Shown: piece after piece, positions 12,501 through 21,214 of the stretch | Numbering within the stretch: the stretch's first letter is position 1 | Layout of the letters: each line of letters begins with the position of its first letter | DNA from: Ministeria vibrans ATCC 50519 | Lineage: Eukaryota; Protista; Filasterea | Reading direction: 5' to 3' | DNA: 64,000 nt | NCBI GenBank assembly: GCA_943704425.1 | Contig: CALSCP010001139.1 | Coordinates: 1-64,000 of the forward strand | Translations under genes and position numbers: made by a program | Notes under the pieces: generated by a model | Databases searched by the model: none | The model's input: the letters and a program-made list of their open reading frames with translations, nothing else | What the model was told of the DNA's origin: nothing

Positions 12501-12911
12501 GCCACGGCCGACCACGCCACGCCGCACCATGCGGAGCAGGTCTGCGCGCTCGTCGTCGCTCTGGGCCGCTGCGGCTGTGGTCTCGTCCGGCTGCTCGTCA
12601 GGGTGCTGGTCAGGGATCACTGGGGGCCACAGGAGAGACGGATGAGCGTTTTTTTTGGGGGGATTGCTCAGATGGCATGATAAGAAAAATGGGGATTGAA
12701 GGTGTTTTAGGGACAGTGTGATGAACGAGAAGGTACAGGGGGGGCAGTGGTGTGTGTGTGTGTGTGTGGGCGAGAGAAGGAGATAGATAGATAGATAGAG
12801 AGAGAGTGAGAGAGAGAGAGTGAGAGATTTCGTACCGCTGAATTTTCGTCTGCCAAAGTTCGAGGCATTCTTGGGCGTCTTCAATACGCTGGCAGGAGTG
12901 CCCGCAGACAT
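8632..12911 (-). CDS. Multi-exon fusion: class-V PLP aminotransferase (cysteine desulfurase-like) plus TtcA-like PP-loop tRNA sulfurtransferase
   Basis: About ten exons join in frame via GT-AG sites. N-half: YGDYAASGR, YANTHT, GPYEHHSN, ATHK (PLP Lys), EGGTP, RGGCACAGPY. A linker exon reads ...RFHLPHKRDISGK into MSNAIL. C-half: SGGKDS, CSYCSRMKRG, GHHLDD, VIRPL, ENCPAC. Confidence 0.88.
9449..9502 (+). repeat. (CT)n microsatellite in an intron
   Basis: Pure CT run of about 54 bp. Confidence 0.95.
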
Positions 12912-13026
12912 GGTACCTTGTAGGTGTTACGGAAGCGAGACAGATTTTGAAGTGATTATAGATTGATCGATTTTTGGAAAATAAGATTTGGAAGAAATAT
13001 TTTTTTGACACACAATTTTTTTTTTG

Positions 13027-14344
13027 ATGAGACTACTGATTGTATTGGTCTTGGCTGCATGCCTTCAGCAATGCATTGGAGTGGTGGCGCCCAGCACTGC
13101 GCCGGTGTCGATTGCGAAATCAGACCAGTCATTGGTTGTGACTGCAAACACTCTCGTTGTCGAGCACGGCGTCGCCTCGGCCGCACTGGGGCCCTTGATG
13201 CTGCGCATTGGCTCTGTTTCTATTGACGAAGCGGATCTGGCGTCGATTATTGCCATGGCGGACACAGTAAGCAAATGGAGTAACCGCAAAATTCTATTTC
13301 ACACTTGTCCGTCTCTCGTTCCGACAGGCGAACGCTCTGGAAGCGCAGGTGGCCGCGCTCCGGCTCAGACTAGACGGCACATGCGGGTGCAGTGCGTGCG
13401 CGTCGACGCCGTGCCTGAACAGCGGGACATGCACAACGGACGCGGTGGGTGGGGCTGTGTGTGTGTGTGCGGACGCGTACACGGGCGACCACTGCGAGAC
13501 GGAGCGCGACGAGTGCGCATCAATGCCGTGTCAGAATGGTGCCTCGTGCATGGACATGTTTGGCGGCTTTGTGTGTTTGTGCTCCGCAGGGTTCACAGGA
13601 GACCTGTGCGACGAAATCGCCGAGTGTGATTCGTCGCCCTGTCAAAATGGTGCCGTGTGTCACGATGGCTTTATGTCATACACATGTACGTGCCCCGTGG
13701 GCACAACTGGGTTTAATTGTGAGTCGGTGATTGACTGCGCAGCGGCCTGTCTCAACGGCGGCACCTGCTACGAGATTGCCAGCAGCGATTTCGCGTGTGT
13801 GTGTGCTGCGCCTTACACGGGCAGTCAGTGCGAGTCGGTCGTTGCCGAGTGCACGTCGAACCCATGCTTGGTAGACCAGACATGCTACGAATCACCTACA
13901 TCCGGATATTACTGCGACTCGCCGTGTCCCTCCGTCCCGCCTGTCGTCGGCACCTGCGATTTTCTTCCGGGCAACTACACGGGCGTCAGCACCGAAACGC
14001 AGTTTGTCACTCTCGTCATTGGGCCATACACCACTGACTACACATGGCCAGGGTATCCAGGCTCTCCTCAGCCCGAAGAGACGCTCGTGACGGTCGATAT
14101 GCAGTGCGAGGGCAGCAGAACGCTCGATGAGGCAGTTGCATTCAATGACTATTTCAATGTCGACGCGACCATTCTCAGTCCAACCCGCGCCACAGGCGCT
14201 GTCGCTCGCTCTCGCGTACGCATGATTTCGCCCACAGACATGGAACTCATTTCGACACTTCCTTTTGTGTGCGAACGCTATACGGAGAGTACTGCCGCCA
14301 GTGCTTCACAGTATGCTGAACGTGTCTTCTTGAAATTGGAGTAA
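13027..14344 (+). CDS. Secreted EGF-repeat protein (2 exons; intron about 13267-13327)
   Basis: Signal peptide MRLLIVLVLAACLQQC; gtaagc...acag intron joins ...MADT|ANALEAQVAAL; about five EGF repeats (e.g. DECASMPCQNGASC); no TM segment. Confidence 0.85.
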
Positions 14345-14762
14345 AGTATGATTTTTTGATATTATTATTATTACTATCATTAATAAATGGGTTGTATTCT
14401 TCTTCTTCTTATTATTATTATTCAAGTCGAGAAGTATTTAAGAGCCAGGATGTGTCCCTGTGAGAAGTGTCGGTTGCCAGGCTTGTCAAGAGACTGATCG
14501 TATTTTAGGTAGTGAGTCTGACATTCGTCTGACAGTAAGTCTCACTGGCGTCTCACCACTCGCTCACTCCAGTCACTTGTCTGTCTCAACACTGAGTAAG
14601 TAAGTGAAGTCGTGAATCATCAAGTCACCTAACTCGACACGAATTGACTTATTTGTGACTTATTTGGCGGAAGAAGTGCAGAATTTCGTATCATTAAGAT
14701 CAATAATATTAATGAAACAACAAAATAGAAAACTTATTCCTTAACACTTTTTTTTTATTGAA

Positions 14763-15394
14763 ATGATCATCCCTGTCAGGTGCTTCACGTGCGGAAAGGT
14801 CATTGGCGACAAGTGGGACAGATACCTGGGCTTTCTCATGGAGGACTACTCTGAAGAGTAACACACAAAAAAACGTTGTTTCGTTTTTCTCTCTGCCATT
14901 TCTGTCCATCTCGCTGTACACACGTGTCCGCCCGCCCACCCACATACCTAGCGGTGTGCATGCGGTCGTGTGCGCGTGGCGTGGAAAGGGTTCGCGCGTC
15001 AGTTTTTCTCGTCTGAAAACGAATCGTCTGACACGTTTTCCTTCCGTTTGCTCTGTCGGCCGTTTGCGCGTCGCACACGCACCGCGCTGCCNNNNNNNNN
15101 NNNNNNNNNNNNNNNNNNNNNNNNNNNNNNNNNNNNNNNNNNNNNNNNNNNNNNATCATTATGAATAGTAAGACGTAATAATATTAAATTGTGTGTGTTT
15201 AGGGAAGCTCTGGACACAATTGGACTGAAGCGATACTGCTGCCGTCGAATGGTTGTGACGCACGTTGATCTTATTGAGAAGTTCCTCAACTACAACAGTA
15301 CGGCGTGAGCAGAGAGATTAGTCATGGTCGTATTAATTGTCCTTCTATTCTTCTTGCTCTTGCAGAGCGTGAGCGAGAAGGTCACGGTGAATAA
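14763..15394 (+). CDS. RPB10: RNA polymerases I/II/III shared subunit RPB10 (RPABC5), 3 exons
   Basis: Not in the ORF track. Exon 1 [18 protein letters not shown] (14763-14857); exon 2 [26 protein letters not shown] (15203-15297); probable exon 3 15366-15394. Confidence 0.96.
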
Positions 15395-15503
15395 GGAATG
15401 AGAACATGCCCCGCTACCTGTACAATACAATCGTCACTCAATCGTCAATCCATGATATCGAATTTTGAAGCATTAAATATTATTGTTTATTACATTCCTC
15501 TTC

Positions 15504-18329
15504 TTATACGTCGGGTGGTGGAGTAAAGTTGTGAAGATAGGCATTTGTTTTGAACTCGGGCAAGAAGCGGTGAGAGGTGGGGAGAGACTGGCGTCGTGTT
15601 TGCAGCGAGGCAATGGCCTTTTCGTGGGTCGTAGTGGAGACGATGGAGAGAAACGTTGCCATGTCAACGTCGCTCTCGATAGTGTCGATAGACTGTTGCG
15701 ATGAAGGACATGACACCGTTGAGATGTGTGCGGTGATGTCGCGCAGTCGTTTAGTGCGCTCTTCGTGCGCCCTCTTGAGCTGCTGGAGTTGCATTTCGCG
15801 TTCGTGGCGTCGTTGCTTCTGGTGTGCCTTGACCTCCTCCATGCGTCGCTCGTAGCTGCCCGATGCAATGGACGACGTTGACGAGGTTGCACTGCTGCTT
15901 GCGTTGCCGACGTAGAGGGTGTTTGAGAGGGCGGTGTGACGCGTGAGCGACGATGTGGAGGAGGACGTGGGCGGCGGTGAGCTCACGCTGTCAATGCCCA
16001 TCACATCGTTGAGAGTGACTTCGCCGTCGTTCGAGAGCGACCGACGCAGTTTGTGGGGTGGCGAGAGTTGAGATGAGGTGAGAGGCAAGTCAACAAGGTT
16101 GCTGTTGCTGGTGGGGCTGTGCGGAGTGGGCGAGGCAGTCACAGTGTTGGGACTGCGACTGCTGCTGCTGTTGGTGTCGGTTCGCACCGGTGTCAGCGTG
16201 GTCGTGGTGGTTGTCGAGGTGTTCATGCTGAAGTTGGTGGAGGGATTGGTGTTGATCACTGGCGAAGGGGAGGAGGAGGCATTGATGGTGGGTGAGGTGG
16301 ACGGTGGAGCGACCGGGGAAGCGTTAGATTGCGTGCGGGGCACTAGCAGATTGTGTCGCATGCCAGTGAGCGTGGACGCCCGTGAACTTGAACAGTCTTC
16401 TTCGTCCTCCTCCTCCTCCTCCTCCTCGTCGTCGTCGTCCATTCCGTTGTGGAGTCGGCCGTCGTCGCTTGCGCTGCAACTCATGTCTTGGCTTTCATCG
16501 TCTATGTAAATGATGTTCTCGTCGCGTTTTCTCTCTCGTGGCTCGTCCACACTGCAGGCGGTTCCGTCGTCAAAGTCGTTTGCTTCGCCATTGGCGGATG
16601 TCTCGGGGATCTCCACGAGCGCTCTGGGAGTCAGAATCAGCGATGACATGCTCGCATTGAGCGACGACATGCTCGCCGACAGCGATGCAAGACTCACGTT
16701 GAGGAGCATCCGGGGACGCGACGTGTGCTCGTTTGCCTCGTCCACCGTCGTCTCCTCCTCCGGATCAAACATGTCCTCCATGCTGAGCACCTCGCTGTCG
16801 CGCCGCCTTGACTGCTGCATGGTACCCACCGGTGGCAGACTGGTGAGCCAGGCGGCGGCGCCGCTGCCCGAGACGAGCGACTGACGACGGCCACTCACAC
16901 CGCCCAAGCTGTGCTGCTCGTTTGGACTCATGTGTGGCAGGTCTCCGAGGCGCTCAATGAGCGCGCCCCGTACTCTCTCGAGATCCGCCTCGCGCTGCAA
17001 TGCCACCGCGTCCATGTCAATGACAATGTCTGGCGAGTACGACGGCGGCATCGAGTGGGGTCGTTGGGTGCCGCGTTGGGTGTCGCGTTGGGCGTCGTCT
17101 TGACGAGGGTGACGTTGGATGACGTCGGTGGTGCGAATTGGTGGTGGGTTGCTAAACAGTTCACGCATCGAGTCGCTTTGTGCCCACTGGCGAGCCTTGA
17201 GGTTGCCAACGCCGCCATAGAGGGACGCATTGGCGCCACTTTCGAGAAGCATCGTCACAATGGGAATGTTGTCCTCTTGCGTCGCAATGATCAGAGGAGT
17301 CACACCATCGTCGTCGCTCATGTCCACGTCGGCACCCGCCTGAATGAGATCGCGTACCACAGATGTGTGACCAAGGGCACACGCTGTGAACAACGCCGTG
17401 CTGCCGTCGATGGCACGGTCGTTGATGCGCGCACCATTCATGAGCAACACTCGCACCGCGTCAACGTGACCACCGGCGGCAGCAACGCGAAGAGGTGTTG
17501 CGCCTTTGATGGATCGAGTACGGTTCACATCAACGCCGTGGCGGATGAGAAGTCGGATAAGCTTGGCATGGCCATTCTGTGCGGCTACCAGCATGGGCGT
17601 TGCGTTGTCGTCGTGCTTGCTGAGCGACGTGTCCGCATTGGCATGGAGCAGGCGCCGCACCACGGCAATGTCGTTGCGTTGGCACGCCACATACAGGGGG
17701 GTGGCGCCACTGCGGTGCTGCGCGTTCGCATTGGCTCCGAGTCGGATGAGAGCGCGCACGACCATTTCGTGACCGCGCTGCGCCGAAATAAACATTGGTG
17801 TGGCACCCGTGTTCTTGGGCGTGTTGACGTTGGCGCGCGCAACGCTCCCCAGCCACTGGACAATGCCGACATGGCCATTCTCGGCGGCGACAAGCATTGG
17901 AGTGGCGCCATTGACCGCCTGAAGGTTCACTCGCGCGCCAATAGTGACAAGGTCAACAACAATTTCAAGGACGCCCTCGCAGCAGGCCACGTGCAGCGGC
18001 GACATGCCCTCCGTCGTGGCCTTGTCGACGTCGACGTTGGCCGCGAGCAGCAGCACAACAATGGAGCGGCAGCCATTGGCACACGCCACCAGTAGCGGCG
18101 TCGCCCCATCACACATCGGCTTATTGGGGTCCGCACCGCACTCCAGCAGCGCCTCGACGCAGCTCACGTGTCCCCGGTACACAGCGAGCAGCAGCGGCGT
18201 CCATCCGGCGCTGTTAAACGCCTTGTTCACGTCAGCCCCTCTGGAATGCAGAGCCCGCACGGCATTTCCATGTCCCGCAATAATCGCATCGCGCAGCGCT
18301 CGCTTGCTGCTGCTCGTCGTGCTCGACAT
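15504..18329 (-). CDS. Ankyrin-repeat protein with disordered Ser/Thr-rich region and C-terminal coiled coil
   Basis: About 11 ankyrin repeats (GxTPLxxA...G) in the first 390 aa; a probable 5'UTR intron at about 18355-18501. Confidence 0.9.
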   Translation of the reverse strand: MSSTTSSSKRALRDAIIAGHGNAVRALHSRGADVNKAFNSAGWTPLLLAVYRGHVSCVEALLECGADPNKPMCDGATPLLVACANGCRSIVVLLLAANVDVDKATTEGMSPLHVACCEGVLEIVVDLVTIGARVNLQAVNGATPMLVAAENGHVGIVQWLGSVARANVNTPKNTGATPMFISAQRGHEMVVRALIRLGANANAQHRSGATPLYVACQRNDIAVVRRLLHANADTSLSKHDDNATPMLVAAQNGHAKLIRLLIRHGVDVNRTRSIKGATPLRVAAAGGHVDAVRVLLMNGARINDRAIDGSTALFTACALGHTSVVRDLIQAGADVDMSDDDGVTPLIIATQEDNIPIVTMLLESGANASLYGGVGNLKARQWAQSDSMRELFSNPPPIRTTDVIQRHPRQDDAQRDTQRGTQRPHSMPPSYSPDIVIDMDAVALQREADLERVRGALIERLGDLPHMSPNEQHSLGGVSGRRQSLVSGSGAAAWLTSLPPVGTMQQSRRRDSEVLSMEDMFDPEEETTVDEANEHTSRPRMLLNVSLASLSASMSSLNASMSSLILTPRALVEIPETSANGEANDFDDGTACSVDEPRERKRDENIIYIDDESQDMSCSASDDGRLHNGMDDDDEEEEEEEDEEDCSSSRASTLTGMRHNLLVPRTQSNASPVAPPSTSPTINASSSPSPVINTNPSTNFSMNTSTTTTTTLTPVRTDTNSSSSRSPNTVTASPTPHSPTSNSNLVDLPLTSSQLSPPHKLRRSLSNDGEVTLNDVMGIDSVSSPPPTSSSTSSLTRHTALSNTLYVGNASSSATSSTSSIASGSYERRMEEVKAHQKQRRHEREMQLQQLKRAHEERTKRLRDITAHISTVSCPSSQQSIDTIESDVDMATFLSIVSTTTHEKAIASLQTRRQSLPTSHRFLPEFKTNAYLHNFTPPPDV

Positions 18330-19004
18330 TCACCAATACCTACACCAACAACCCTGTGTGTCAGCCCATCTCTAATATCCGCTCAATCACATTAACCAGT
18401 CGGTATTTTTTTATTCTTTTTTTTTCGCAAAAAAAAAAAGCATTATCGTCACACAAACCGCACTTGCGAGACTAACGCAGCACAGCACACGCACACATGT
18501 ACCTTCAGGGGAACCTCTATGCACTCGTAGTTCTCCCCGGAGTAGAGAGCGAGCGCCTGAGCAGTTTCAAGCGACTTTTTTTTGGGTGTGAAGTGATATG
18601 GAATGGGACGGAATCGAAAGAACGATTGGAAAAAAATTGAAGACAAAGGTCAAAACGGCCGTTTTCAACTCACAGCGGCACTCACACGCCCTTTTGAGAA
18701 GGACCAGGAGAACAGGGAGAAGAGAGCAAGACGATTGAGTTGTTAATTGTCTTTTTTTTTTAACTTTGCAGAGCTAAAATATTTTAACAACTTTGATAGA
18801 GAATACTGATAAGAATAATAATTAAAATATAATTGACAATTATCTGAATTTTAAAAAGGGTTTACAAGAAGTATGCAACAAAAGAATACGCGTGTGAGAG
18901 AGAGCGACACGTATGGTGTGATCACACTACCACATCAGGCTAAGCGGGAGAGAGAGAGAGAGAGTCATGGCATTTTGGGTTGTGTTGTTTTCTTATTTAG
19001 GGTC

Positions 19005-20843
19005 TCAGGGCAACCGAGCGCGGAAATTGAAGACGCGCTGTCGTCTGCGGCCCACAAGGGCAATCCAAAAGGTGAGGATAAGACCAATGACGACGGCAGA
19101 GGAGAGCATGAGAACTGGAGTGCCGATGGCGGAGGGGAGGTGTGAGCTGAGGTTGAGGTGTTCGTGGAGTGAGCGGTCGCGCTGTTGGACGGCGCGCAGG
19201 GGAAAGAAACGCGTGAGGAACACAATGGCGCCCAGCGTCCAATTGATAAGTTTTCCATCGATGCGTTCTGCTGTGGTCAGCTTCTTATTTCTTTTGGCTG
19301 TTGCTGCATCGTCGTCGTCGGCAGGCAGAGTGTCAGCTTGGGCGTGTGCGAGACGGTATGCGTCGCGGAGGGTCACTCTAAGCCAGGCGGCCTTGAAGCA
19401 CTGCAGGCGCAGGCGACGCGGGTTCGCATTGGGCAGGCCACCGGCAAGTGCCAGCGTGTCCACGCTTGTCCAGTTGCGACTGCAATACTCGTGCGTGCGC
19501 TCTTCAAATAGCTCCCAATCAAAAGGACCGTCAATGCCATAGATGTCGCGTGTGGTGTACCAGTATTCGCTGAGCCCGTAAAACTCTTCGACGGCGTCCA
19601 CTGCCGCCATGTGCACTCCATCAAAGCTACACGGGGGCTCGCTGCACACGCTGCCGTCCGAGGGCATCAACCACGCACGTACATTGCGCTCGCATGCGTC
19701 AAAGTCCCCTCCGCCTTGCAGATTGACGCTAGAGGATGGGAGGGACTCGTCGAGTCCATGCAAGAGACACGGGTCCACAATGGTCTCCGACGTTGCAGCG
19801 TGGTTCTTTACGAGCGCTGCAATATAGCGATCACGCGCGGCATTGGCACCGTATGACAGATGCGTGGCGGTGTAGAGATCATAGGAGTGCGATGGGTCGT
19901 TGTCTTCGCAGCCCAGATTGATGTGGATGAGGTGCTCGGGAATAATGTGTGTCTGTTCGGAGGGTGACACTTCGTAAGTAATTTGCTGTGAGCCACCGCC
20001 CATGTCGAGCACACCGACTGTGAGCGGCAAGGTACTCGCCCCGTAGACCAGTGGCTTGACTGGATTGAGACGTCCCAGCGCGTAATTGACGGCAATCCAG
20101 CCGTAGATGCCCTCGACACGGCCCGTGATCACGTCGACGTGCTCGTCCGTGAACCCAAACGAATACTCTTCCTTAACACCGGCGCGAATGGCATGGAGAA
20201 TGGCCGTCTGCTGTGCGTCGGTGACCATGCGCAGGCCGGCCGTGGCAAAGATGTACAGCTGAGTGAGTTTGATTTGGTCTTGTGGCACATTTTCAAGGGC
20301 AAAATTGAGCAAGGGACGCAGTGAATTGTACGCGCCCGCTGGATCAGTGGCATAGCTTGAGACACCCGGCTCGACCTTGAGCACGGCAGGACCACCGGTG
20401 CCCTGAATGTGCTCGCTAATGTCGAGCAGACGGCTGTGTTCGCCCGTGTGCTCGGGCCAATCGTAGATGTAGATGCGAGAGCCGCTTGAGCCGCAGTCGA
20501 TGACAATGCCGTGGTAGCGCAACTCGTCGTCGGCAGCCGTCGTTTCCTGAGCGGCTGTCCAGCCAGTGCGCGCGTCTATGGAGGCCACGGTTGAGCCGAC
20601 AAGGTATGTCTGCGTCGACCAGAGCACGAGCGTGACCAGGGCCAGCGCGACAGTGGCCACAAGAACGCGCGACATGCGCCGTCGACTTGTCTCGCTGTCG
20701 TTGCCGCCCAGCGAGATCCTCGCTTCCATCGGCGGTGCCACTCGCATGGCAAGTGGAAGCCCTCCGCCTTCGTACGAGGCCAGGTCCGCCGCGGGTCGAG
20801 GTAAGTCGCTACGGAGGGAGTGACACATTCTTATCTTTGGCAC
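19005..20843 (-). CDS. GDA1/CD39 family nucleoside diphosphatase (ENTPD4/7-like); start codon uncertain
   Basis: Apyrase conserved regions IDCGSSGSR, ATAGLR, EGIYGW, DMGGGSQQ and INWTLG; N- and C-terminal TM helices. Confidence 0.93.
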   Translation of the reverse strand: MPKIRMCHSLRSDLPRPAADLASYEGGGLPLAMRVAPPMEARISLGGNDSETSRRRMSRVLVATVALALVTLVLWSTQTYLVGSTVASIDARTGWTAAQETTAADDELRYHGIVIDCGSSGSRIYIYDWPEHTGEHSRLLDISEHIQGTGGPAVLKVEPGVSSYATDPAGAYNSLRPLLNFALENVPQDQIKLTQLYIFATAGLRMVTDAQQTAILHAIRAGVKEEYSFGFTDEHVDVITGRVEGIYGWIAVNYALGRLNPVKPLVYGASTLPLTVGVLDMGGGSQQITYEVSPSEQTHIIPEHLIHINLGCEDNDPSHSYDLYTATHLSYGANAARDRYIAALVKNHAATSETIVDPCLLHGLDESLPSSSVNLQGGGDFDACERNVRAWLMPSDGSVCSEPPCSFDGVHMAAVDAVEEFYGLSEYWYTTRDIYGIDGPFDWELFEERTHEYCSRNWTSVDTLALAGGLPNANPRRLRLQCFKAAWLRVTLRDAYRLAHAQADTLPADDDDAATAKRNKKLTTAERIDGKLINWTLGAIVFLTRFFPLRAVQQRDRSLHEHLNLSSHLPSAIGTPVLMLSSAVVIGLILTFWIALVGRRRQRVFNFRARLP

Positions 20844-21214
20844 GACGGAATTTGTATTGGAAGGGACTCACTCAATCGATAGGGCGCTATTGATCCTGCG
20901 CATTTAGATGGGCGCAGCACCGTCAATCGATTGCTACTATGGTTGAAGAATGTGAGAGTAAAGTAAAGTAATTATTATTTATTACGACAGTTTTGAGTTT
21001 GTTTTACTGATTATTTACTGACAACTCATCAATGTCAAAACAAGACTATAATTATAAGATGAAAAGAAGAAGAAGTCATTGATTAAAGGTTAAACAGGTC
21101 AACCATTAGTGAACCATAGTCTAAGAGAGTGATAAAAAAAGAATCGGATGATTAACATATTTTATTCTCTCATTGGCAGTATTGCTCACACAGTCGTTTT
21201 TTGTTCTCTCTCTA

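Noticed and set aside
14998-15032. Resemblance of cagtttttctcgtctg to the vertebrate telomerase RNA pseudoknot strand
   Set aside because: No telomeric template is visible nearby and the match is short; kept only as a generic hairpin finding.
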